Source: Sumerlaeia bacterium | GTDB taxonomy: Bacteria > Sumerlaeota > Sumerlaeia > SLMS01 > JAHLLQ01 | DNA: 64,000 nucleotides | NCBI GenBank assembly: GCA_040219255.1 | Contig: JAVJSW010000033.1 | Span: 12,675-76,674, forward strand | Direction of reading: 5' to 3' | The notes under the pieces: generated by a model | What the model was told of the DNA's origin: nothing | Database searches by the model: none | What the model saw: the letters and a program-made list of their open reading frames with translations, nothing else | Made by a program: the position numbers and the translations under genes | In this document: piece by piece, positions 28,379 through 36,915 of the stretch | How the letters are laid out: every line of letters begins with the position of its first letter | Numbering within the stretch: the stretch's first letter is position 1

Positions 28379-29722
28379 CTAATCCCCAACCCGCCGAACG
28401 CTCCACGTCGCCTTCGGCGCCATCACGCAATCGCCAAAGGGCAAATCCGTCCGCGTCTCCACGCTCAAGGCATCCTCGACCCGGTGCAGCACCACCGGCG
28501 GATTGCCGGTATCGAGGACGGCGGCGGTGAAGTGCACGTCGGCCTTGAGCAGCGGCCAATGGGGGACGTCGTAGGCGACCGGTTCGCCCGCGCGGCCGGG
28601 GGCGATGGGGGGGCTGGCTTCTTCGAAAAGCACCTGGCCATCGGGCCAGGACGCCGCGAACGCCAGGCGATAAGGCGCCTCGGCGCCTTCGTCGTCGATG
28701 TCGAAGAGCAGACGCAGCGGCTCGCCCGTCGTGATCGCGTCGATTTCCGAGCCCTCGGCATTCACCGCCCGCAGACCGAGCAGCCTCGGCACCCGCCGCC
28801 CGCGCCAGGCCCCCAGGCCGTGCGCCTCCAGAGCCTCGTCCGTGGCCTCCGCAACGGGGGCGTGGGCGTGGCTGAGGAAATGGCCGGGCAGGATCGACAG
28901 ATGAGCGAGGCTGCGCAGGTAGCGCTGGGAGACCTCGCGCGGGTCGCCCTGCTCGACCAGGCGCCCGTGATCGAGCCAGATCAGCCGGTCGCACAGATCG
29001 CGGGCCGTGGGCACCTCGTGCGTGACCAGGACGATGGTGACGCCGCGCTCGTGCAGTTCGAACACGCGCATCATGCCACGCTGCTGAAATTCCGCATCCC
29101 CCACCACCAGGATTTCGTCCACCAGGATGATTTCCGGGTCCAGGTGCATCGCCACGCTGCACGCCAGCCGGGCGTACATGCCGCTGCTGTAATGCTTCAC
29201 GGGCTCGAAGAGGAATTTGCGCAGGCCGCTGAATTCGATGATGGCTTCGAGGCGGGCGTGCGTTTCCTCGCGCGAGAGGCCCATGATGGCGCCGTTGTAG
29301 AAAATGTTCTCCATCCCAGAGAGTTCGGGGTGGAAACCCACGCCCAGCTCGAGCAGCGACGTCACGCGCCCCCGCACCGCGACGCGGCCGCTGGTGGGCT
29401 GGGTGATGCCGGCGGCCAGCTTGAGCACCGTGCTCTTGCCCGCGCCGTTGTGCCCCACGAAGCCCAGCATCTCGCCCTTCGCCACGCGGAAACTGACGTC
29501 GTGCAGGGCGTCGAAAGGCACGCGGCGCAGGTGCTCGAAGAGTTTGTTCACCACCCAGGCACCGAGGCGGGGCGTGGCGCGCTGCTGGATTTCGTAGGTC
29601 TTCGTGACGTTTTCAAAGACAATAGCGAGCTGACCCGGATCCGTGGCCACGCGCGCCCCGCGAGCGATGTCTTGCAGGGTGCGGTCTTCGGTGGCGGATG
29701 CGGCGGTCGAAAGGTCGGTCAT
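28379..29722 (-). CDS. Polysaccharide export ABC ATPase with C-terminal domain (Wzt/TagH-like)
   Basis: GHNGAGKST, LLELGVGFHPELSG.ENI, PVKHYSSGMYARL, VDEILVVGDAEFQ; Wzt_C-like tail. Confidence 0.9.
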   Translation of the reverse strand: MTDLSTAASATEDRTLQDIARGARVATDPGQLAIVFENVTKTYEIQQRATPRLGAWVVNKLFEHLRRVPFDALHDVSFRVAKGEMLGFVGHNGAGKSTVLKLAAGITQPTSGRVAVRGRVTSLLELGVGFHPELSGMENIFYNGAIMGLSREETHARLEAIIEFSGLRKFLFEPVKHYSSGMYARLACSVAMHLDPEIILVDEILVVGDAEFQQRGMMRVFELHERGVTIVLVTHEVPTARDLCDRLIWLDHGRLVEQGDPREVSQRYLRSLAHLSILPGHFLSHAHAPVAEATDEALEAHGLGAWRGRRVPRLLGLRAVNAEGSEIDAITTGEPLRLLFDIDDEGAEAPYRLAFAASWPDGQVLFEEASPPIAPGRAGEPVAYDVPHWPLLKADVHFTAAVLDTGNPPVVLHRVEDALSVETRTDLPFGDCVMAPKATWSVRRVGD

Positions 29723-30000
29723 GGCGTCTCCCGAAAGAGGGGTGGGACGCCGCGGGATGTGGGTCAACCGCTACGTCGTGTGGCGCCGTGCCGTTCCTCG
29801 ATCCAAATTCACGCGCGGAAAGGGCGGCGGGGCGACTTCGGCTCATCCTCCCTAAGAACCAGATGGAGAGACTGTTTGATGCCCCGTCAGCGCCGCGAAA
29901 TCCTCTGAATGGGCGGAGTCAAGAGGACTGGACGTGGCTTTCGCGTTGGGCCATGACCAGCCGACCGGATTCTGAGACTCGAAAATCGAGAAAAAAAGCG

Positions 30001-30054
30001 TTGACTCGCTCCATGTCGGGGGGCTATCCGATCCCATCCCCTACTTGGAAGGAA
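30001..30054 (+). promoter_or_regulatory. Possible promoter and SD for the 30062-33308 operon
   Basis: TTGACT at 30001; weak -10; GGAAGGA a few nt before the ATG at 30062. Confidence 0.35.
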
Positions 30055-30061
30055 GCATACC

Positions 30062-30358
30062 ATGAAGTCGCTTCAATCCCTTTTTGTAGCCGTCGCAATC
30101 CTGTTCGTCGCCAGTTTCGCACTCACCTCTTCCGCACCCACTGTCGCATCCGTCGCCGAGATGGAAGCCGTTGCCGGTGCCCTTTGTCCAGGCGATGCCT
30201 GTTCTGGCACTACCAACATCCGTTGCGCAGCAATTGATAGGACCTGTGCAGGAAATGCCGCGCGCTGCATCAACAACAATGGCAATGGAGAATGTACCAG
30301 CAACGGAGTCGGCGGTTGTTTTAACGGCTGTTCAGACCTGAATCAGACATGCGCATAG
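30062..30358 (+). CDS. Small secreted Cys-rich protein; putative peptide precursor with double-glycine-like leader
   Basis: Sec signal, then SVAEMEAVAG/A, then a core with 9 Cys rich in Gly/Asn; good SD. Confidence 0.8.
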   Translation: MKSLQSLFVAVAILFVASFALTSSAPTVASVAEMEAVAGALCPGDACSGTTNIRCAAIDRTCAGNAARCINNNGNGECTSNGVGGCFNGCSDLNQTCA

Positions 30359-30372
30359 CAAGACCTCGCACA

Positions 30373-31743
30373 ATGGGATCCAGCTGGAGTCTACGGATCT
30401 CCGTTCGAGTAGAGCTGCTTACTTCCTTCCTTATTCTGTTGGCCACTATTGTCGTTGCCGATGGTAGGGGAGTTGTAGGCGGCTCTCCTATGTTGGATCG
30501 CATAGAAAGAATTTACGCCTCGAGACCGAGCTTCTACTCCAAGGTACGCTTGGTCAAGCGAACCTGGCAATCTAACTCCCTCGAATCCGATTACCGTGAT
30601 GTAGATCCTGTCGTTCATAACTACGAAATGTTCGCGGACCATCCGAATTACGAATTGAAATACGAACCCGACCCGTCCTCAGGAGCCAACTTTACCACCA
30701 CAGCCAGGTCATTGGTTTTAGTGGGCGATGAATGGGTCAATTACGCGGAAGGTGTGTGGAAAGGAGAGAGTCATCGCGGCGTCCAATACGACAGGGGTGA
30801 AGACGCCCGTTGGCATTTTCTTGAAATCATGCGGCTTTTCCCCCCACTTCTCGCCGACAATGTGGGGGGGGCGGATGTTCCTTTTCTCCAGGTGCTGCGC
30901 GAATACCTGAAAGAGGGGGCCCAAGTCGAAACGACGGAGATTCGCGAGGACGGGCAATCTCTGCTGAAGTTGCAGGCGGATACTGAATACGGTGACTACG
31001 CCATTTATCTGGACCCGTCCCGTGGTTACCTGGTCAGGAAGGCGGTTGTGGAGCGGGGTCCCAGCGACTTATTCGTGAGAGGCTTGACTGTAACCCAAGA
31101 TTATTCGGATTTTCCAGACGATATTGGTTTACCCAAACCAGAGGTCGATGTCTACGCCCGCTACGAACTCACGGACGTCGAATTCGGTGAGGCCAACGGC
31201 GTCGCCTACATTAAGGAAGGAACCGCGACCTCCCTTTTTCAAAGTAAGAGCGGAAAAGTCAGTCATGTGAGATATGAGATGCAAGTCGAGGAGTTTTCGC
31301 CTCTAACCGAAGATATCATAACCGAATCCCGAGCTTTCGACCTAACCCGATTCCCAGAGCCGGATACTGTCGTGCATTTGGGGGCTTCCCACATCAGCTA
31401 TCGATTCGTGAATGGTATCATGGTGCCGCTTGTCCCGCCCGACCTGTATCGGGATATTCCCGCGCTTTCCGAAGCAGAAGCCCTCTCCGGGGAGGCATTG
31501 GTTCAGTCCCCCAGGGAAAACGCTCAAGGCAAGTCAGGAGTTAGCTCCGACGAAGCGGCGGCAGGGTCGTCGGGGGGACCGATGCCCTCAAATACCCCGG
31601 CCGCGTCACCGAATGGTCCGGCAGCCGAGTCGACCCGTTTCCTCATGCCCATCATGATGATCGTTGGCTTCGTCGCAGCGTTCTTTGTGCTTGCTGGTTC
31701 CATTCTGGCAATCGTCATTGCGAAAAAAAGCAGGAAAATCTAG
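30373..31743 (+). CDS. Hypothetical exported protein with C-terminal TM anchor (start 30349 or 30373)
   Basis: Hydrophobic N-terminal segment, beta-rich body (IYLDPSRGYLVRK), low-complexity linker, TM plus KKSRKI. Confidence 0.75.
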   Translation: MGSSWSLRISVRVELLTSFLILLATIVVADGRGVVGGSPMLDRIERIYASRPSFYSKVRLVKRTWQSNSLESDYRDVDPVVHNYEMFADHPNYELKYEPDPSSGANFTTTARSLVLVGDEWVNYAEGVWKGESHRGVQYDRGEDARWHFLEIMRLFPPLLADNVGGADVPFLQVLREYLKEGAQVETTEIREDGQSLLKLQADTEYGDYAIYLDPSRGYLVRKAVVERGPSDLFVRGLTVTQDYSDFPDDIGLPKPEVDVYARYELTDVEFGEANGVAYIKEGTATSLFQSKSGKVSHVRYEMQVEEFSPLTEDIITESRAFDLTRFPEPDTVVHLGASHISYRFVNGIMVPLVPPDLYRDIPALSEAEALSGEALVQSPRENAQGKSGVSSDEAAAGSSGGPMPSNTPAASPNGPAAESTRFLMPIMMIVGFVAAFFVLAGSILAIVIAKKSRKI

Positions 31744-32877
31744 TTGCTCCGTACCGTCTTCAATTGTGTTGTCAAGATTCTATTCGCGGCATTTCTTGCC
31801 GTCGGTTTCCCGATGTCAACTCAAGCGGCCGATTCAAGTGTGGTGGGTCCATATTGTGGGGTTATGTCACTTCACTATTGGGGGAACACTCACGATGTCG
31901 AATTCGACATTGTGAGCCTGATCTCTCCAGAGTACATCGGCTCACGGCGAGGAAGTACCTTGCTGGAATTGCAGGCCGCCGCCGAATCGCTTGGTCTCTA
32001 CAGCGAAGGGTTGAAAGGGTTGAAGCCTGATCATCTGGGAAAATGGGACAACGATGTTGGGATTATACTCCATATAGCTGCGGATCCCGAGACGTCCACA
32101 ACCTACAATCACTATGTGCTTTTCCTGGACGATGAAGGCGCCGATGTCTTGCTGTTCGACCCTTTCGAAGGAGTCGTCAGGTACTCGAAGGGCCAACTCT
32201 TGGCTCAGATGAGCGGTTTTGGTCTCATTGTCTCTAAGGAGCGAGGCTTACTTTCTTTCTCTCAGGGATTTGCCAGTCCCGCCGTCATTTTCGCAGTAAT
32301 GATTTTCTCTCTGTTCTTTGTCTCTAGGCGTTTCGCCCATGCCCGAATCGAAGACATGGGACACAATTTTGATCGGTGGATGGGTTTTGCTTTAGGCGGG
32401 GCCGTCTTTATAGTGTCGGTCGGAGCGATGGGAATGGCATCGTTGCTTTGGCACTCCATCTCTCCCGCTGGTTTTTTTCGTAACAGCGACGTGATCGCAA
32501 CCATACGTGAGAGAAACTTCTCTCACTTTTTGCCTGAATACTCGGCAAGCGAGGTGGCGGAGTTGCTACGGCAAGACAACAGGTTCGTTGTGATCGTCGA
32601 TGCCCGCTTCTCATTCGACTATGAGGCCGGTTCGCTCCCGGGAGCGATCAGTATTCCCGTGGATGCTTCGAACGCTCAGATCGAATCGGCGCTACGGGAC
32701 GTTGACAGGTCCGCCGAGGTGGTCGTTTTCTGCCAAAGTTCCGGCTGTCCCTTCGCCGAACGAATAGCCAAGAGATTGAAGAATGACTTCGGCATGAATA
32801 ATCTCGCACTGTTTTCCGGAGGATGGTTAGAATGGCTTTCCCACTCAAAGCAACACGTGGAACCGAACACCCTATAA
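31744..32877 (+). CDS. C39-like cysteine peptidase - 2 TM - rhodanese fusion
   Basis: GPYCGVMSL (catalytic Cys), GSTLLELQAAAESLGL, NHYVLF (His), LFDP (Asp); C-terminal IVDAR..DYEAGSLPGAISIP...VVFCQSSGC...LFSGGWLEW. Confidence 0.85.
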   Translation: MLRTVFNCVVKILFAAFLAVGFPMSTQAADSSVVGPYCGVMSLHYWGNTHDVEFDIVSLISPEYIGSRRGSTLLELQAAAESLGLYSEGLKGLKPDHLGKWDNDVGIILHIAADPETSTTYNHYVLFLDDEGADVLLFDPFEGVVRYSKGQLLAQMSGFGLIVSKERGLLSFSQGFASPAVIFAVMIFSLFFVSRRFAHARIEDMGHNFDRWMGFALGGAVFIVSVGAMGMASLLWHSISPAGFFRNSDVIATIRERNFSHFLPEYSASEVAELLRQDNRFVVIVDARFSFDYEAGSLPGAISIPVDASNAQIESALRDVDRSAEVVVFCQSSGCPFAERIAKRLKNDFGMNNLALFSGGWLEWLSHSKQHVEPNTL

Positions 32878-33308
32878 TCTCGCTGCTTCGCTTGGTCTTA
32901 TGTGTCACGTGGTTTCTCGCGGGATTTGTCAAGCTGCAGAACCCGTACTTGTTCCTGGATGACGTGATTCAATACAGGTTGGTGGGATTCGGGGTGGCAT
33001 TACTCATCGCGACCATTCTTCCAGTCATGGAAATTTCTTTGGCCGCCGCGATCGGAACCCGGTTCTGCCTGCCTTTTGCTGCAGGACTCAGCAGCCTCCT
33101 GCTCACGGTTTTTCTGGTAGCCCAATCGAGTGCCGTCATCAGGCAGCTCGACATATCTTGCGGATGCTTTTCCAGTTCAATAGGTGGCCAAGGTGGAGGA
33201 GTCGTCGACTACTTCACGCTCCTCAGGACGGGCGCCTTGCTGGCGATCAGCCTCTTCTTGACGATTCGGACCTTCAAGTCATATACCCGGTTACGCGACG
33301 TCATCTAG
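32823..33308 (+). CDS. MauE/DoxX family membrane protein (start 32823 or 32832)
   Basis: FLAGFVKLQNP..F...Y.L, LPVMEI, LDISCGCF. Confidence 0.85.
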   Translation: MVRMAFPLKATRGTEHPIISLLRLVLCVTWFLAGFVKLQNPYLFLDDVIQYRLVGFGVALLIATILPVMEISLAAAIGTRFCLPFAAGLSSLLLTVFLVAQSSAVIRQLDISCGCFSSSIGGQGGGVVDYFTLLRTGALLAISLFLTIRTFKSYTRLRDVI

Positions 33309-33323
33309 GCCTGATGTGCCCCT

Positions 33324-33521
33324 TCACCCTGCCATTTCCCCACCGGTTTTTTCTGCGGAGGCTGGGCGGGAAAGGCGGGGGCGATGGCGGACGGCGCCGC
33401 CGGAGCGGAGACGCAGTCGGTCGAGGGCGGAACGGGCGAGGGTGAGGGCGAGGTCGAGCTGCTCGTACGGGTCCATGTCCCATGAGAGGGAGTCTTCGAA
33501 GTCGTGGTGCTGGGCGATCAT
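33324..33521 (-). CDS. Small hypothetical protein
   Basis: GGAGG SD upstream of ATG (MIAQHHDF...); host-like GC. Confidence 0.4.
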   Translation of the reverse strand: MIAQHHDFEDSLSWDMDPYEQLDLALTLARSALDRLRLRSGGAVRHRPRLSRPASAEKTGGEMAG

Positions 33522-33704
33522 GGGCGGGGTGCCTCCGTGGGCGTTGAATGTGGAGGCAGTGTAGGGGAGAGGGCGGGGCGTGGCGCGTGACAAAGTGCGG
33601 TTAAACTTGTGGGTTTTAACGGTGTGGGGCAGCGCGGAGGGGCGCGGGTTTTCTGTTCTTAACGCAAAGTGGCAGAGCAGCGAAGGTGCAAAGGGGGGCG
33701 TTTG

Positions 33705-33890
33705 GTGGCGGCAAGGAGCACGAGGTGCCCTGTCACCATCTGCTGGCCGAGTACCTGGACGCCTACATCGAGGCGGCCGGGCTCGGGGGCCGGGCGAAGG
33801 TGGCGCTATTTCAGGGTGCGCCGGGGCGGGGTCTTGAGCGGGGTGCGGCTGACGCGCGGCAGCGCCTGGTCCATGGTGCGGCGCCGGTGC
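33705..33890 (+). pseudogene. Tyrosine recombinase/integrase fragment
   Basis: GGKEHEVPCHHLLAEYLDAYIEAAGL...ALF, then a frameshift to LTRGSAWSMVRRR; both ends of the gene are missing. Confidence 0.75.
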
Positions 33891-33986
33891 GCTGTTTTTC
33901 CAATTCCAGTCCAGAAAGCCGTTGCCATCCGCAGGGGCTTGGCATTATGCGTTTCCCCAAAGCGACCAGACCGTAATTAGACCCCG

Positions 33987-35372
33987 ATGACGATGCGCCT
34001 AGGCTTCCTCTTCCCAGCGGCTGTGACCACGGCTGCGCTGATTTCTTCCCAAGCGGACGCGGTCGAGTTCCGCCTTTCCGAGGAAGCCGCCCCTGGCGCC
34101 GCGCAGGTTTATCTGGCGGGAAGCTTCAACGGGTGGACATCCAACAGCCTCCCGCTCAACACCGATGCGAATGGCGATTGGTTCGCGTTCGTCCCGCTGG
34201 CGGATGGTCAGTACGCGTACAAGTTCGTGATAGAAGCGGGTGGGGGAGAAGTTTACTGGACCCCGGACCCGGCCAACAATGCCTACGCGCCCTCGGAAGC
34301 GGGATTCTACGATAGTCTGGTTGCCGTGGCCGACGATGCGACCACGGTTCCGGCGGGTGGCGTGGAAGTGTTCGAGTGGCGTGGCGAGGTGGAAAGCTTT
34401 GCCGGAGTGATCGGGGATTTCAACGGCTGGACCGTGGGCGGGTTTCCGATGTTGCAGGAAGGGGATGGTGTTTGGCGGGCGCGGATCGCTTTGCAGCGTC
34501 CGCTGACCTACAAGTTCTTTATCGACGACATTTGGAAGCCAGACCCGGCGGCGGAGAATTTCCCGGATGGCTTCGGGAGCTTGAACAGTATCCGCGAGGC
34601 GGACCTCATGGTGGCGGGCGATCCGGAGGACTGGACGGCGGAGGGCGACCAATCCAGCGGATTTGCCGCCCTGAGCACGAAAAGCAAGCTGTCTCCTGAA
34701 GAGGGCCGCAAGGAGGCCCAAAAACTGGCCGATAAAGGCAAGTACGGCAAAGCGGTGCGGACGCTGCGCCAGTCCGTTCGGAAAGGCTCCATCACCGATC
34801 AGCGGGCGGCACTCACGCTGGAAGCGGAGATTCACAAGCGCTTTGGCAAATCGAACCGGGCGGCCAAGTGCTGGGAGCAAATCCTAGCCCTGCCGGCCGA
34901 CAAGACGACTGGCCGCACCGGGTTTGACACGGGCGAGGGCTCGGCCGACGTGGATCAGATCATTCATGACCTCGCCAAGTACCGCCTGTTCATGGAAGAC
35001 GACGGCGCCGCGGCGCGCCTACTCTACGATCAACTGCTGCAAGCCGCGGGCGATGACCGTCAGGTGGCTTCGATCCTTTGAGACATTGGCTATTCCTACG
35101 GCGTTGAGAAGCGATGGGAAGAAGCCCTGCTGCTTCTCGAAGAAGCGATCACGGTGGCGCCGGCGGGGGAGGGCGGCGACAATCAGTGGCTGCACTTCCT
35201 GACGGAGCTTCACAACGCCCAAGGCACGGCGCTCTATCGTTTGGGACGTTTTGCCGACGCGAAAGCTTCCTTCGGAACCACGCTGGCGATCACTCCCTGG
35301 CCTCAAAACCAGAATTCCCAATATGCTCGCGGCTGGATCGAACGCTGCGACGCGCAATTGACGGCGGAATAA
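33987..35372 (+). CDS. Secreted protein with two CBM48/E-set (glycogen-binding-like) domains and TPRs; in-frame TGA at 35079-35081
   Basis: VYLAGSFNGW...YAYKFV...W..DP and VIGDFNGW...YKFFIDDIWKPDP; the TPR pattern continues in the same frame past the TGA to TAA at 35372. Confidence 0.75.
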
Positions 35373-35393
35373 GAGGCGATAAAAAACACCCTC

Positions 35394-36890
35394 ATGACCG
35401 CCCGCTTCCTGTCCGCTATTCTTCCGTGCCTGTTGGCGGGCCTGCTTTTTTTCGCGACGATGCCGCTTCTGGCGGGCGATCCGCCGCCGGACCCAACGCC
35501 GACATCCGCTCCTGGCCCCGATCCGGAGCCGACGCCGGAACCTTGCCACGACAAGTTTGGCAACGAGGTGCCGTGTCCCGAAGAAGACCCGGAACCAGCG
35601 CCCGAGCCCGAACCCGAACCTGAGCCGACGCCGGAGGAACCGACGCCGACGCCTCCCACGCCGACACCCACGCATGAGCCGTGTCATGATAGTGAGGGAA
35701 ATGAGATTCCCTGCCAGTATCCAGAAGAACCCACACCTGTCCCAAGTCCCACACCGGATCTTCCACCAACGCCGGAGCCGACTTCTCCTGATTCTGGTCA
35801 TTGCTACAATAGCGCGGGGGAGGTTGTGTCGTGTGACGCGACGCCAACGCCGGTTCCTCCACCGACAGAGCCGCCACCGCCGGACCCGAGTCCGACGCCA
35901 GATGATGATCCGCCGCCGGGAGGGGATGGTCCTCCGCCTCCAACGGATTCGCAGACGATAGATTGTGCGGGTTCAGATGTTACGTTCACGATAGAGATTC
36001 AGAAAGAACCCGATGATCCTATATGTGCAGGAAGTATTGTATGGGGGCAAGATGGCTTTGCGGCTATCAGGTCCGATCCATTGGAAGCATACCTACTTGT
36101 AACTAATATAGTCACCGAGCCTTTAAGCAACGAGCGACTATGCGACGTTGGCGAGCAAGTTATTTCTTGGAAGGGTGAAATGGAGTGTGGTACTGATGAG
36201 AATGGGAATGCAATTTTCGTAGATATATATCTTAGTTTAGAAGTGGTTTTTGAAGACTGCTGTGACCAGGCACAATGCCAGGAATTCGACACAGAATTGT
36301 GCTCATGTGTAGAAGATTGCACAGATTGTCAAAGACCTGAGCCAGTTACCTGCCATGTTGAGGATGAGGATGGCTGTGGCTATGTATTTGATCCATGTGC
36401 TCTTTGGGGTGGACCGTTTAATCCAGGACAAGTGGGAGGAATTGTTTGCTGTGGTGGCACAATGCATGTATGTGTAGAGGAAGGGGCTCATGGCGATTGC
36501 AAGAGCAACCCTGATTCTCCTGCGTGTAGAGAGATTTACGATTGCACGCGCGCACATGAGCAAGCAGAGGTCAATTGTGGGTTAGGAGAGTGCCCAGATC
36601 ATGACGGCAAAGATACTGGTATAGCAGGTCCTTCAGGCGACACCGATGAAGACAGAGAGCAGAATGAAGCCTGCTCTGATTGCGCAGGCTTGACAGCACA
36701 AATTGACTGTCTAAACAATAAATTGAACGATCTGAGCAATATATGTCCTAATCAGGTAGAGGATCCGGCTGGATTTCAGGAATGTCTAAACGCTTTGCTA
36801 AAAGAACTGGGCAATGCCGAGAATTACCGCTCTAGGAAGTGCAAGCGATGCTGCGATGCAATGAACTGTGACAAGCCTTGTCCCAACTAA
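35394..36890 (+). CDS. Secreted Pro-rich / Cys-rich protein
   Basis: Signal peptide; PT/PE linkers with three C-x-[DN]-x-x-G-x-x-[VI]-x-C repeats; about 30 Cys in the low-GC C-terminal region. Confidence 0.75.
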   Translation: MTARFLSAILPCLLAGLLFFATMPLLAGDPPPDPTPTSAPGPDPEPTPEPCHDKFGNEVPCPEEDPEPAPEPEPEPEPTPEEPTPTPPTPTPTHEPCHDSEGNEIPCQYPEEPTPVPSPTPDLPPTPEPTSPDSGHCYNSAGEVVSCDATPTPVPPPTEPPPPDPSPTPDDDPPPGGDGPPPPTDSQTIDCAGSDVTFTIEIQKEPDDPICAGSIVWGQDGFAAIRSDPLEAYLLVTNIVTEPLSNERLCDVGEQVISWKGEMECGTDENGNAIFVDIYLSLEVVFEDCCDQAQCQEFDTELCSCVEDCTDCQRPEPVTCHVEDEDGCGYVFDPCALWGGPFNPGQVGGIVCCGGTMHVCVEEGAHGDCKSNPDSPACREIYDCTRAHEQAEVNCGLGECPDHDGKDTGIAGPSGDTDEDREQNEACSDCAGLTAQIDCLNNKLNDLSNICPNQVEDPAGFQECLNALLKELGNAENYRSRKCKRCCDAMNCDKPCPN

Positions 36891-36915
36891 CAACTCAAAG
36901 AAGGCTGGAGAATAA

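Noticed and set aside
35073-35085. prfB-like +1 frameshift at CTT-TGA
   Set aside because: The coding continuation is in frame 0, not +1, and no internal SD is placed appropriately.
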